From contig CAVZZA010000003.1 in NCBI GenBank assembly GCA_963779615.1, positions 1,139,781 to 1,203,780 on the forward strand: DNA of 64,000 nt. The letters run 5' to 3'. The notes under the pieces are model-generated. The model was given only the letters and a program-made list of their open reading frames with translations, ran no database searches and had not been told where the DNA came from. This document shows positions 1-13,727 of this stretch, piece after piece. The stretch is from an uncultured Nitrososphaeraceae archaeon. GTDB taxonomy: Archaea; Thermoproteota; Nitrososphaeria; Nitrososphaerales; Nitrososphaeraceae. A program made the position numbers and the translations under genes. How positions within the stretch are numbered: the first letter of the stretch is position 1; each line of letters opens with the position of its first letter.

Positions 1-134
1 AAACAAATTTTTTCTCAATTCATACGGGCAGTCTCTATGCCCCTCCTCACCCTTTCAGAAATACCGGTTTCATTTCACATCCGTTGATAGTCTTTTAAAA
101 ATGATACATTTAGCGATGATCATTACTTTTATTG

Positions 135-474
135 TTAGACGGTCAAATTCAAAATAGCCTGGGCTATGTCACCCTTGGTGTCGGTTAGGGCAGAAACAGC
201 TTTTTCTTTAGACACATTAGACTGTTGCATCACTAAAATAACATCCTCATCCTTAAATGAGGGTACAGAATCTATTGCTTTCCTCGATTTCGGTAGCAAC
301 AATTTGAAATATGGTGCTATCCTTTCCCTTCATTTCTACAACCTGAGGTTTTTTTAGAAATATCTCTTTAGTATCGGTTCTTATAATGACTTCTTCGACC
401 GAGCTTAAATCCTTCATATCAAGACCCATCCGGTCAAGCATCCTCCTCATATCCCTATTGCCTGAGCGCATCAT
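135..474 (-). CDS. nac: Nascent polypeptide-associated complex protein (aNAC), one frameshift near 280
   Basis: N-terminal MRRMLDRMGLDMKDLSSVEEVIIRT NAC domain; a shifted frame continues as UBA-like KDEDVILVMQQSNVSKEKAVSALTDTKGDIAQAILNL to a stop at 135-137. Confidence 0.9.
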
Positions 475-482
475 AGGAATCC

Positions 483-1019
483 CTATGCGCTTCTACTTTT
501 TATTCCTTCTCTAATTTTCACCCCCACACCCCTTAAAAGAGACCTGTCATGGTTTTCTAGCCTTGTGTTGTAATATGAGAAAGGGAATAATGAGCGCCCC
601 ACAGCCAAAACATGATTATCCTTGGGGTGTATTATTGCCACATCTGAGCCATTTTTGACATTATTTCCACATTTATACACATGCTTGACAAATAAGGATC
701 TCCCTTCTGAAACAAATGGGATAGCATCATCAACAGGAATTATGCAATTGGGTGTAAAGTTTTCATTTTTCAAAAAAAGGTCTGCTCCGTGAATTGTCAA
801 TGCAATACCACCATCTGTTCTGAAGGTCCCAATCAATTTCCCATTAGAACTAAAACTCTTTATCTTACCGGTTTTTTTTGAGTAGTCAATTCCCATATCC
901 TTTGGCAAAACAGAACTTATTTCCCGGCCAAAAAGAAAATTAACATGTGCTGAGATTTTCTGAAATGGATCTATCAATAGTTTTTTTTTCAAAGATTGTT
1001 TCATGTGTATTGAATACAA
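483..1019 (-). CDS. PUA-domain RNA-binding protein (archaeosine TGT C-terminal-like)
   Basis: PUA-like PFVSEGRSLFVKHV...VLAVGRS...GVGVKIREG. Confidence 0.75.
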   Translation of the reverse strand: MYSIHMKQSLKKKLLIDPFQKISAHVNFLFGREISSVLPKDMGIDYSKKTGKIKSFSSNGKLIGTFRTDGGIALTIHGADLFLKNENFTPNCIIPVDDAIPFVSEGRSLFVKHVYKCGNNVKNGSDVAIIHPKDNHVLAVGRSLFPFSYYNTRLENHDRSLLRGVGVKIREGIKSRSA

Positions 1020-1114
1020 CTATAAGAATTATCAGCACAAAAACGGGTTCTGTTGAAACGACAAAACTGGGGGAAATAGAAAATACTAATAAATTACTAT
1101 TTAAATAAAGAAGC

Positions 1115-1663
<549 letters not shown>

Positions 1664-1670
1664 ATAAAAA

Positions 1671-2276
1671 ATGCCAAGAAAAAAATACGGTTTGTGTTTT
1701 TACCTGATGGCTAAGAAAACATGTTGGACAGAGGTTGCGGTACTTAGAATAGGCCACAGGCTTGTCAGAGATGACAGGACAACAACACATGCGATACTGG
1801 TGTCAAGGGCTTTTGGGAGTACCGCTATGTATATGACTGATGTGGATGAGGAAATAAAAAACACAATCAACAAGGTAAACAATTCATGGGGAGGGTTAAA
1901 TGAATTTAATCTCAAGATAATCGATGACTGGAAGGACTTGGTTAAGGAATGGAAAAAAAACGAAGGCAAAGTCATCCACCTGACCATGTATGGGCTCCAA
2001 ATTAACAAGGTAATTGAGGAGGTTAAATCGCTAGAGCAGAAAATTTTGGTGATAATCGGGGCTGAAAAGGTTCCAAAGGAAATTTATTTTTTGGCAGACT
2101 ATAACATATCCATAGGAAATCAGCCCCACTCAGAAATAGCAGCGCTGGCTGTCTTTCTGGACAGGTTATTTGAGGGCAAACAATTTGACAAAAGGTTTTC
2201 TGACGGAAAGATGAAAATCATTCCTGCAGAAAAAGGAAAAAATGTGATTCGAATGGAAAGCAAAAAAGACGATTAA
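1671..2276 (+). CDS. trm56: tRNA (cytidine56-2'-O)-methyltransferase aTrm56
   Basis: VLRIGHRLVRDDRTTTH, HLTMYG, GAEKVP, GNQPHSEIAALAVFLDRL SPOUT motifs; true start may be slightly downstream. Confidence 0.92.
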   Translation: MPRKKYGLCFYLMAKKTCWTEVAVLRIGHRLVRDDRTTTHAILVSRAFGSTAMYMTDVDEEIKNTINKVNNSWGGLNEFNLKIIDDWKDLVKEWKKNEGKVIHLTMYGLQINKVIEEVKSLEQKILVIIGAEKVPKEIYFLADYNISIGNQPHSEIAALAVFLDRLFEGKQFDKRFSDGKMKIIPAEKGKNVIRMESKKDD

Positions 2277-2323
2277 TAATCACACTTGTGAGAACAACCT
2301 TAAAAGACATCCTCCGATAAAAA

Positions 2324-3451
2324 TCAGGTCAAAAGTAGGCCAAGTTTGGATAAGCCTATAGCCTTTTTTATCTCCATGGCGATTCGCCGTCCCATACTCA
2401 CAGAACTATCATACAACAGGTCAGAATATGGAGAGCCAGAAACATACAGGTTCGTGCCTGCAACAATCCGGGCGGAAAATTCAAACGCAGTAAAATTGGC
2501 ATTGCTGTCATATACACCCTCTATGCAAAAGGGTCCAGGCATACCCGGAGGAACAAGTTTACTGGCAGCGCTGACAAACTTTTCGCCAATAGAATAAACC
2601 TCAGGCAACAACGATTCCCTCAGTACGATGGGAGAATTACCCACTACGGTATACGAAGGCACCAAATTGGATGATAGTTGATATTTTGCTGGAATTCTCC
2701 CTATCCCATCAATATCAGTTTCATAACGCCTGTCAACACCCAATAACTCCAATTCATTTTCAATAGGGGAATAAAAGAATTGCAAATAAACAGGAACGCC
2801 ATTGGCATATCTTTGTATAAAAAGCTGCTCCTCTGAATCAATAACGTTGGACTCTACAAGTCTTTGAGATTGCTCCTCAAAACTTTTCCTATCAGTAACC
2901 AAAAAGTAACCCTTGCCACCGGCGGCTCCATGCAATTTAACAATGCACAATCCGTCAATATCATTTTTGGATAGCACCTGTTTGGGGGTTGACAATGAGG
3001 ATTCATCCATTAATCGTTGTTTTAACAGCCTGTCAGCCTCCCACCGTAAAATCCACTTATTTCCAAAAATCGGTATTTTGATTTTTTCAAGACTGTCCAC
3101 AGATATTGAAGACACTAGCGTCCCATGGGGTATCAAAATTGGATTATGCGCATCGATCAGGTTTTTTTGAAATTCAGGCTTTAGCATTTCCTGAAAATTG
3201 TTTAACACAACCAGTTTATCAATAAATTTAAACCTTTTGTAAAGGGAGACTCTTTTTTCTTCACAAATCAACAAAGTTTGAAATCCCTCATCTTTAGCCC
3301 CCTTTAGAACTTGCAGAGAGCAGTGCGACCCGAGTGTCATTATGCACCGAGGATTTGCAGGATTTGAATGGTTTTCGGTATCTTTAGTATCAACAGCGGC
3401 AGCGGCAGAAGGAGCAGCAGTCATATAACAGATATAGTATTGAAAAATCAC
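2324..3451 (-). CDS. purP: PurP-family FAICAR synthetase (formate-dependent)
   Basis: TLGSHCSLQVLKGAKDEGF, GAAGGKGYF, LRESLL, FEFSARIVAGTN. Confidence 0.9.
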   Translation of the reverse strand: MIFQYYICYMTAAPSAAAAVDTKDTENHSNPANPRCIMTLGSHCSLQVLKGAKDEGFQTLLICEEKRVSLYKRFKFIDKLVVLNNFQEMLKPEFQKNLIDAHNPILIPHGTLVSSISVDSLEKIKIPIFGNKWILRWEADRLLKQRLMDESSLSTPKQVLSKNDIDGLCIVKLHGAAGGKGYFLVTDRKSFEEQSQRLVESNVIDSEEQLFIQRYANGVPVYLQFFYSPIENELELLGVDRRYETDIDGIGRIPAKYQLSSNLVPSYTVVGNSPIVLRESLLPEVYSIGEKFVSAASKLVPPGMPGPFCIEGVYDSNANFTAFEFSARIVAGTNLYVSGSPYSDLLYDSSVSMGRRIAMEIKKAIGLSKLGLLLT

Positions 3452-3733
3452 CAGATTAAAGTTTTATTAAGGAATTTTGATAGCGGCGGTCACCACACAG
3501 CCACTACACTAAAAAAAGACTCAGGAACGGATGCGAATCAGCATAGAATCTGTCTTTCAAACCATCATCTGAACACAATAGGCAAGACGGATCATCACAA
3601 TTTTAGATTACTGGAAACCAAAACAACAAGGTAACAAAAATAAAATAAAGGCATTTTTGAAAATAACAGATAACCCTATTAAAAAAATTGATTTATTATG
3701 TTGGTTAAATAAATACTTTATACCGTAGTTATC

Positions 3734-4294
3734 ATGTTTGAGAAAGATCACATAATCATCAACAGTGAACTGATTTACAATGGTCCAGTAAGGCTAAGGC
3801 TAGACACTTTTAAAGCTAAAGGAAAAACTTTTAGAAAAGAGGTAGTGGAACATAATGCATCTGTAGGCATAATCCCGGTAATAAATAAAGATGAAATCGT
3901 GTTAATAAAACAATACAGGCATGCGGTAAACGAATACCTGATTGAGATACCTGCTGGCAAAATAGAGAACAAGGAGAAACCAATAGAAGCTGCAAAAAGG
4001 GAGTTGGAGGAGGAAACGGGATTTAGGGGGGATTTGACTCCCTTGACTCAATGCTATCTAGCGCCAAGTTATGACACAGAGCTTATGCATTTTTTCATCG
4101 CAAAAAACATCCACAGGACAGACAGTTCACAAATAATGGATGATGATGAAAACATTTCAAGCATGATTGTAAAGATAGATGACGCACTGCAGTATTGTTT
4201 TAATGGAGGCATAAGGGACTGTAAAACGATATCAGCAATACTACTCTATTACATGTCATTTTTTAAATTAAACAGGCAAACTGCTCAAAAGTAA
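3734..4294 (+). CDS. NUDIX hydrolase (ADP-ribose pyrophosphatase-like)
   Basis: Nudix box GKIENKEKPIEAAKRELEEETG; QYRH...EIPAG. Confidence 0.9.
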   Translation: MFEKDHIIINSELIYNGPVRLRLDTFKAKGKTFRKEVVEHNASVGIIPVINKDEIVLIKQYRHAVNEYLIEIPAGKIENKEKPIEAAKRELEEETGFRGDLTPLTQCYLAPSYDTELMHFFIAKNIHRTDSSQIMDDDENISSMIVKIDDALQYCFNGGIRDCKTISAILLYYMSFFKLNRQTAQK

Positions 4295-5540
4295 TTGTCA
4301 TGTATGTAATTAACAATATCCTGTAACGCAGGGGGATCGTTGTAATAATTTTCAAGATATAAAAATGCAAACAGATTTGCAAAGCACAGTTTTTCCTCAT
4401 TTGTAAAGTTTAGCAAATGACCAAACAAAAATGCAGAGTCCCACGAGTCCCCGGCGCCGCTTACAATATCAATCTTGGATGGTGAGATTGAATTCACAAA
4501 CACGGTGTTTTCACCATCGGACCAAACAGAGCCCATAACGGTATGGACGCATACATCAATTTCAAAAAAATTAGCCAGAAACAGTGCGGATTTGCCAAGG
4601 TTGAGCGGTGTTGCCGGGTTTAAGCATACCGCTGTTAGAAACAAGGCATACCTTCGGTTTTTGGGAGAGCGCAAATTATTTGAATGCATTCGTTTTCGTT
4701 TACGCTTAGGAAATCAATTAATTTTGAGTTGTTTTTTAAATCCTTGACAAATTCTAGCCTCCTTTCGCTTATATCAGCAGGGTCTAAGAAATGCAATGAA
4801 TTTTTAGAATTTTCAAAAACATATTTCAACAAATCGGTTCCCCGTAAATTTGACGCCCAGTTTGTCAAAACCACACCAGACGAGGAACTTAAAATCGACA
4901 GCATGTCACCATCACCATCACCATCAGCATGTTCAATCAATTCCGGTCCAAAGTTACGGTTATCGCCAACATCACTTAACATAACATTTGAAACAGAGAA
5001 TGAGGAATTGGAGAATTCAAAAATAGTCGTTAATCCATGCTTTCCGTTTTTAATGTGCAGGTTTATTCGCGAGCCAAATTTTTTAAAAACGGTGTTCAGA
5101 ACAGAGCAACCAACTTCATCCGCAACTGTAAAGAGATCAACTTTTGCGCCTAGCCTTGCAAGGCAATATGCGACATTAACAGCATTGCCCCCTTTTATGT
5201 CAACACTTTCAATGCCACGAATGCTACCACCCCCCACACCAATTTTTTTGTCTATGGCATCTGTCAAATTTTTCATGTTGGAAATGTGGATAACCCTATC
5301 AATAAAAAAATCTGGCAGAACGGTTATTTTAATACCTGCTCCGGATTTAGATTTCACAATCTCATTTAATTTGTAATAAATGCCTTTAAAAACGGGAGCA
5401 ACATCAGATGGCGAGGAAAAAAGTTGATTGTCACTGCCTTCCCCATCTTTATTTGAATACTCTTTGTCAAGACAAACATGATAATTATCATTGTTGTTGT
5501 TTTTTGAATTGCGATCATTCCCAGAATAATATGTTTCCAA
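4285..5540 (-). CDS. PfkB/ribokinase-family kinase, frameshift near 4650-4690
   Basis: GGNAVNVAYCLARLG and NENE in ORF 4635-5540; SGAGDSWDSAFL in ORF 4285-4689. Confidence 0.85.
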
Positions 5541-5729
5541 ACTGTAAACTCATGAAACCCATTGTTAATATACATAATATTTTTTTATACACACACACTC
5601 GGGTTAATGCAATAGACCTAATGGATGTTAAAAAATGAATCAAAAAAACCAAAATCAAAAAAACACAAAACAAAAAAAATCAAAATAAATAGAAAATGGG
5701 CAATAAATGGTTAACGGTATTTGGGCAGG

Positions 5730-7426
<1,697 letters not shown>

Positions 7427-7557
7427 CCATATCACCTATTAGAATACTATAATTTTTAGAAAGCCCCTTTTATAGTTTTCATAATTATTTGCAAAAATGT
7501 CGGTTACACGGTCACTGCTATTGAAAAAAATTTAACAGAGCAAACCAATAATTTTTT

Positions 7558-7972
7558 ATGGATTTCAAAATTTACCCACACGCGAAAAAGGAAAGGAAAA
7601 CAACAGTCAAACAAAACCAAACAACAAGTTTCCTCTGGGAGGGGGAAAATGTTTTTTCGACCCCATCCATGATTTCAGAAATGGAGGAAACCTGCAGACT
7701 GCTATTAAAAGAGCAATTCCTCAACAATAGCGTTGAGTTTGATTCTGTTGGAACTTTGGTGGACATAAAACACCTCGCTGCAACACCTGTAGGGGCAGAA
7801 ATAACGCTATACGCGGAAATAATCAGTGTAGGCGATAGCAGAATATTATTTAAAGTATCAGCAAAGGACAAAGTGGAGATTGATCGGTGAGGGAAACCAT
7901 GAGAGATTTATCATCAACATTCCAAGGTTCAAGGAAAGATTCAGCAAAAAAGTGGAAAAATTAAAAGAATAA
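7558..7972 (+). CDS. Hot-dog thioesterase (FlK-like), frameshift near 7880
   Basis: VFSTPSMISEMEETC, SVGTLVDIKHLAATPVG; a shifted frame gives IGEGNHERFIINIPRFKERF. Confidence 0.85.
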
Positions 7973-8022
7973 AGCACTAGATTTTGCATAAATGTGCTTT
8001 AAATCAACAATCATCCCACCGG

Positions 8023-8913
8023 TCAGTGAAAAAACGAATCCACCATAAATGCAATAAATAACGCGGCAAGGTAAGGACTGCTGAATTTAAAAACAAGCCA
8101 GGAAGTCTTCTCACTGGGTTTTATTAATAACCACAAAGATAGGATCATCATAACGACACCGAAAACAGCGGCAGTCATCAAGTAGATAAGGCCAAATTGA
8201 TTAAAGAAGAAAGGTATAACACTAAAAACCACCATCATCAATGTGGTTATAGCAATTATTCTCACGGACTTTATTTCGCTTGATACTACAGGCAGCATTG
8301 GAACTTTGGCCTTTTTATAGTCTTCTTTTACATGCAAAGCTAGACTCCAAATATGCGTAGGGATCCAGAAAAAGACCAGGCCGGCCATTACAAAGCCTAT
8401 TTCTATGTTTTGAAAAGTCACTGCAACATAACCAATGAGGGCAGGCGCACCCCCCGAAAAACCACCCAAAATGATGTTGTATTGACTGGTTCTTTTAAGC
8501 CATTTGCTGTACACTATGATGTTATCAAACAGGCCAAAAGCCATTAGCAAAAATGCCCATATGTTTATAAACCATGAAAAAATTAGCGAAATTGCAGCTA
8601 ACACAAGCCCAAATGCAAGTGCATTTTTGGGCGATATTCGTCCTGATGGAATGGGGCGATCTTTTGTCCTATCCATAATGGCGTCTATATCCCTATCATT
8701 ATATCCGGTAAGGGTATCTGCAGCGGCAGAACCAGCAGCAACTCCACCCAATAGCAGAATCCATGTTGTCAAACTGATCGGAATGTCAAATAACCATGAC
8801 GCAGATATAGCTGCCCCAAAAGCTGTGAAAACCAGCAGATACCAAATTTTTGGTTTCGTAAGTTCATAATAATTTTTAATTTGGTCACCAACTGTTTTCC
8901 TCTCTAAAACCAA
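8023..8913 (-). CDS. ctaB: Protoheme IX farnesyltransferase (heme O synthase)
   Basis: ELTKPKI, DRDIDAIMDRTKDRPIPSGRI, WIPTHIWSLA, DYKKAKVPMLP. Confidence 0.95.
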   Translation of the reverse strand: MVLERKTVGDQIKNYYELTKPKIWYLLVFTAFGAAISASWLFDIPISLTTWILLLGGVAAGSAAADTLTGYNDRDIDAIMDRTKDRPIPSGRISPKNALAFGLVLAAISLIFSWFINIWAFLLMAFGLFDNIIVYSKWLKRTSQYNIILGGFSGGAPALIGYVAVTFQNIEIGFVMAGLVFFWIPTHIWSLALHVKEDYKKAKVPMLPVVSSEIKSVRIIAITTLMMVVFSVIPFFFNQFGLIYLMTAAVFGVVMMILSLWLLIKPSEKTSWLVFKFSSPYLAALFIAFMVDSFFH

Positions 8914-8979
8914 ATATACTACTAACCTACCACAATACGTTAATTAAAATAGTTATTTATATCTTGACAGAGCCCTTTT

Positions 8980-9441
8980 TTATTTTGAGATGGGATTTGA
9001 AATCAACTCCCTAGAAGTTTTTCTCATCTCAATAAATGTCTCAGTTTTTTGCACCCCTTCAATGCGTCCAACCTTTTCTGAAATGATTTGGTGCATCTCA
9101 TCAAGCGAGCGAGCAGTCATTGTAACCAGTACATCAAACCTCCCGGTAACCTCGGCTACCTCCCTAACCTCGGGTATTTTAAAAAGCTCATTTAGGACAT
9201 TATCCCGGAGTTTTGAATCCATAGTTATTCCGGTAAGGGCCTTTACATTAAACCCTAAAGCTTCGTCATTTATTATGATTGTAAACTTCTTGATGAGTCC
9301 TCTCTTAACTAGTCGTTTAATCCTGCTGTATACAACAGAAGAGTTAATGTTAATTTTTTTTGAAAGCCTGGGAACAGAGATACTTGCGTCTTTTGATAGT
9401 TCTCGCAATATCTTGAGATCAAGATCATCTATTCTGCCCAT
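8980..9441 (-). CDS. Lrp/AsnC transcriptional regulator
   Basis: IDDLDLKILRELSKDA HTH; VTGRFD in the RAM domain. Confidence 0.93.
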   Translation of the reverse strand: MGRIDDLDLKILRELSKDASISVPRLSKKININSSVVYSRIKRLVKRGLIKKFTIIINDEALGFNVKALTGITMDSKLRDNVLNELFKIPEVREVAEVTGRFDVLVTMTARSLDEMHQIISEKVGRIEGVQKTETFIEMRKTSRELISNPISK

Positions 9442-9538
9442 GAAATTTCAAATATACTAAATTTTCGTGGTTAATAAATGTATTATTTTCATTTTTTTTA
9501 TTTATTTTTATAAAGTTTATTGAATTTTGAAAAAAAGA

Positions 9539-10620
9539 TTACATAATGTTTTTTGTTTTCAACAGTTCGGCTAATAGTACAGCTCCTTTCGCAGAACCCA
9601 TTTTTTCATTGTGGGTTAAAAGAACATATTTTATCCCATTTTCAAATACTGAATCCTTTCTTAATCTGCCCACAACAGTAGTCATGCCATCATTAACTTC
9701 CCTGTCAATACGGGGTTGGGGCCGAGTGGGATCATCATTAACCAAAATGTAATCTTTGGGAGCAGAGGGAAGAGCCTTTATTGAAACATTTTCTGAAAAC
9801 TTTATCATTTGTTTTGCAACAGATTCAGGATCAGCTTTTGTGGATGTCTCAACAAAAACTACCTCTGTATGACCATCAGATACCGGTACCTCGTGCAGGT
9901 GCAGCTAACCTTGATCTCATCAGAAATAATCTCTCCCGGTTGATCACTATATCTTCCAAGAATCTTTTTGGTTTCTATCTGAACCTTTTCCTCTTCCTTT
10001 GGGATATACGGTATTACGTTATCCAAAATATCAAGAGCCGCGACACCCGGGGAGCGTCCAGCACCAGATAAAGCCTGCATGGAGGTCATTAGAACACTTT
10101 TTATGCCAAAATTAGCCATTATTGGCTTTAGAGTTATAGCCAACCCTGTGGTAGTGCAGTTTGGCAAAGGGGCAATAAATCCCTGCCATTTGCGTTCCTT
10201 TTTTTGTTTATTCAGCAATTCTATATGATCGTCATTTATTCCAGGAATAAGAATAGGGACATCATTTTCATATCTGAAGGCAGCAGCAGTACTAATAACG
10301 GGAACTTGGGTTGCTAACTTGGGTTCGATTATTTGAGCGGCATCAGACTCGACAGCAGTAAAAATTAGATCAAAATCCTTGGGGTTGATATCATCTAACT
10401 TGGATATAACAGTATCACGTATATACTCTGGAATCTGTTCACGGTTATGCCATTTTAAAATGCCTGAGTGGGGATCGCGTATAGCATCGATATATCTTTT
10501 TCCAGTGGATCTGTCGGAAGAAACAACATGAGTTAAATTAAACCAAGGATGTTTGTTAAGCGCAACAACAAATTCTTGGCCAACAGCTCCGGTAGAGCCA
10601 ATTAGTGCAACCTTTAACAC
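9539..10620 (-). CDS. asd: Aspartate-semialdehyde dehydrogenase, frameshifted near 9810-9890
   Basis: GSTGAVGQEF, PNCTTTG, QALSGAG, YIPKEEEK, PQPRIDR, HNEKMGSAKGA. Confidence 0.93.
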
Positions 10621-10722
10621 ACTATAAGCAAATTTAAAACATTTAATAATCCTTTTCAAATCAATGCCAATACAAAACTAAAATAATTGCGAAATAAATA
10701 AAAAGTCAAGTCAAAGCAACAA

Positions 10723-11829
10723 ATGGTGAAAAAAAACGAATTGAATTTTTTTAACTGTCATCATGGGGGAATCCATTCGGTAAAAAATCACAATCTAGTT
10801 AAAATCGACTTTAGTTCCAATATCAACCCTTTAGGCATCTCAAAAATGGTAATAAAATCCCTTATGGAAAACATAAACTTATCACATATTTATCCGGACC
10901 CAGGCTGTATAGAATTAAAAAAGGACATTTTAAAGCATTTACACAGCAACATTGTTGAAATCGATCAAATAGTTACCGGCAATGGCGCAACCGAATTGAT
11001 TCACTACTTTGCATCCACATTTGTGAAAAAAAAAGTTATCATACCATCTCCGACCTTTTGTGAATACGAGCTTGCATCTAGAAGAAATAGTGCTAAAGTC
11101 ATTCATTCTCAAGTCAAGGAGGATTTTCAAATAGATCCAGAATTCATAGTAAAAAATGGCAACAATCCAAACAGCGGGATAACCACAATTTTTTTATGCA
11201 ATCCCAATAACCCCACAGGAAAAGATTCAAAAAAACAGGTAGTTGAAATTTTAGAAAAAATTAACGATAAAATTACAATACTAATAGACGAATCATATGT
11301 CGAATTCCTAAATGACATGGATCATAAAAGGCATAATTTTTTTATCAATTTAATCAAAGAATATAACAATGTGGTAATCCTTCGATCGCTTACCAAAACT
11401 TGTGGCTTGGCAGGACTTAGAATAGGATATGCGGCATCAAGCAAAAAATTAATCGAGAAAATAAACAACAAAGTAATTGCATGGAATGTAAATGGATTAG
11501 CTCAAATTGCGGCAAGAGAAGCATTGAAAGACAAAAATTACTTAAAATCTGCAAAAAGAATAATTGAAATTGAAAGGAGAAGAAGCTTCAACAGGCTGAA
11601 AAAAAATAACAAGTTACGACCTATCAGCACTGACGTAAATTTTTATTTGATTGAAATCCTAAACAATAAAAACTCAACCGAAATAACAGACGAGATATTA
11701 AATAAAAACAATTTGCTGGTAAGGGACTGCAAAACTTTTACAGGAATGAACGACAAATTTATCAGAGTTGCAATAAAAACACCCAAAGAGAACAACAAGT
11801 TATTCAAAGCTCTGGAAAAGGCCTCATGA
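10723..11829 (+). CDS. cobD: L-threonine-O-3-phosphate decarboxylase (cobalamin pathway)
   Basis: HHGG, DFSSNINPLG, NPNNPTG, DESY, RSLTKTCGLAGLRIGY PLP motif; cob operon context. Confidence 0.85.
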   Translation: MVKKNELNFFNCHHGGIHSVKNHNLVKIDFSSNINPLGISKMVIKSLMENINLSHIYPDPGCIELKKDILKHLHSNIVEIDQIVTGNGATELIHYFASTFVKKKVIIPSPTFCEYELASRRNSAKVIHSQVKEDFQIDPEFIVKNGNNPNSGITTIFLCNPNNPTGKDSKKQVVEILEKINDKITILIDESYVEFLNDMDHKRHNFFINLIKEYNNVVILRSLTKTCGLAGLRIGYAASSKKLIEKINNKVIAWNVNGLAQIAAREALKDKNYLKSAKRIIEIERRRSFNRLKKNNKLRPISTDVNFYLIEILNNKNSTEITDEILNKNNLLVRDCKTFTGMNDKFIRVAIKTPKENNKLFKALEKAS

Positions 11830-12722
11830 ATTCAAAAATTCTAATGATCCAGGGAACATCATCTGGCGCAGGTAAAAGTCTGATGGTGACAGCGCTTTGC
11901 AGGATTCTATCAGACAAAGGCTACAAAGTTGCACCGTTTAAGTCACAGAACATGTCATCATTTATCTTTCATGTCAACAACACAAATAAAATAATAGCTC
12001 AAGCACAAGCAGTGCAAGCATTAGGGGCCAGAACAGTGCCAGATGTCAGAATGAATCCCATATTGTTAAAACCCATAGGCAACTATGAAAGTGAAGTATA
12101 TGTATATGGAGAGTTTCTCTCAAAAATGAATGCTCAGGAATACTATACAAATTTTGTTCTAAAAAAGGGATTCAAGTTGGTTTTAGAAGCATTCAAAAGC
12201 TTAAGGAAAGAAAATGACATAATCATATTAGAAGGTGCTGGATCACCAGCTGAAATCAACATTCAAAAATATGACATAGCAAATATGCTTTTAGCTAAAA
12301 AAGTGAATACACCCGTACTTTTGGTTGCGGACATTGAAAGAGGTGGGTGCTTTGCAAGCATATTGGGAACAATTTTACTATTGAAACCAAAATACAGGAA
12401 CTTAATAAAAGGACTCATAATTAACAAGTTTCTTGGGGACAAACACATTTTATTGCCCGCAGTAAAAAGAATCGAATCGGATACAAAGAAACCGGTACTT
12501 GGCATCATCCCTAAAATAGATCACATCATTCCGTCTGAAGATTCCCTAGATGGCGGGGGTGGCCACACAAAAAATAACAGCAAAAACAATCAAAATAAAA
12601 ATAAAAATAATATAGGCTACATTGAAGGTTCAGAAATAATCGACAAAGAGATAAATAAAGTTTCTAAAACAATAGGATCTGCATTAAACGTAGGGTATAT
12701 CTTAAGCAAACTTTTAAAATGA
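11826..12722 (+). CDS. cobQ: Cobyric acid synthase (ATPase/synthetase domain only)
   Basis: QGTSSGAGKS, PFKSQNMS, MNPILLKP, EGAGSPAEIN, DIERGG, EDSLD; ends without a GATase domain. Confidence 0.9.
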   Translation: MNSKILMIQGTSSGAGKSLMVTALCRILSDKGYKVAPFKSQNMSSFIFHVNNTNKIIAQAQAVQALGARTVPDVRMNPILLKPIGNYESEVYVYGEFLSKMNAQEYYTNFVLKKGFKLVLEAFKSLRKENDIIILEGAGSPAEINIQKYDIANMLLAKKVNTPVLLVADIERGGCFASILGTILLLKPKYRNLIKGLIINKFLGDKHILLPAVKRIESDTKKPVLGIIPKIDHIIPSEDSLDGGGGHTKNNSKNNQNKNKNNIGYIEGSEIIDKEINKVSKTIGSALNVGYILSKLLK

Positions 12723-12734
12723 ATTTGAATAGCA

Positions 12735-13727
12735 ATGGAGTTAATACTACAAGAGATTATTTTGATAATATGTTTTTCAATTTCCATGGATTATTTGCTT
12801 GGGGAACCACCAAAAAGCATTCATCCTGTTGTGTGGATTGGCAAAATCATCAGTTTTTTTACATGCCAGATAAAAAAAAGAAACAACAAAGAGAACAACA
12901 TACTCTCTGAAAAAACTTGGGGGTCCATTCTAGCAGTATCTTTGATAACAACAATAGGAACAACAACTTACCTAATAACATTGCAAGCATTTTACATGTT
13001 AGGAACAATAGCATTTGTTTTACTATCAACATTTATCCTAAAATCAATGTTTTCGATAAAATCCATGGATAAACACATTATTGATATTCTAGTCGATATT
13101 GAAAAAAACGATATTGAAAAAGCCCGCAATGATCTAGCAAAAATTGTGAGCAGGGACACAAAAACATTATCCAAAGAAAAAATATTGTCTGCCTGCATAG
13201 AATGCACATCTGAAAGTTTCGTGGACGGAATTTTGTCCCCATTGTTTTACTATGGAATATTGAACATACCAGGGGCAACGATATTCAGGGTTGTGAATAC
13301 CCTTGATTCAATGATAGGATATAAAGATAAATATCATAAAGATATCGGATGGATGTCTGCCAAAATGGATACAATAATGAATTTAATACCCGCGAGAATA
13401 TCAATAGTTTTTTTAGTCACGTCATCACTGATTCTCAATCTAGATTGGAAAAACGCTATTTCAACATGTAAAAAATATGGAAGAAGCACAGAAAGCTTGA
13501 ATGCAGGAATACCCATGTCGGTCATTGCAGGGGCATTAAGGATTCAACTGGAAAAGGTAAATCATTACAGGCTAGGAGACATGCTAGAACCGATAACCAT
13601 AGCAAAATGCAGAATAACATTGAAAATAACAAAGATTGCTACTTTCATGTTTATAATTAGTTTTTTATTTCCAATTACTGTTTTTTTAAACAGTATTAAC
13701 TGGTGGTCAATATTTTTTGGTTTTTAA
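12735..13727 (+). CDS. cbiB: Adenosylcobinamide-phosphate synthase
   Basis: GEPP...HPVVWIG, IVSRDT, ESFVDG, NTLDSMIGYK, DTIMNLIPAR, NAGIP. Confidence 0.92.
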   Translation: MELILQEIILIICFSISMDYLLGEPPKSIHPVVWIGKIISFFTCQIKKRNNKENNILSEKTWGSILAVSLITTIGTTTYLITLQAFYMLGTIAFVLLSTFILKSMFSIKSMDKHIIDILVDIEKNDIEKARNDLAKIVSRDTKTLSKEKILSACIECTSESFVDGILSPLFYYGILNIPGATIFRVVNTLDSMIGYKDKYHKDIGWMSAKMDTIMNLIPARISIVFLVTSSLILNLDWKNAISTCKKYGRSTESLNAGIPMSVIAGALRIQLEKVNHYRLGDMLEPITIAKCRITLKITKIATFMFIISFLFPITVFLNSINWWSIFFGF

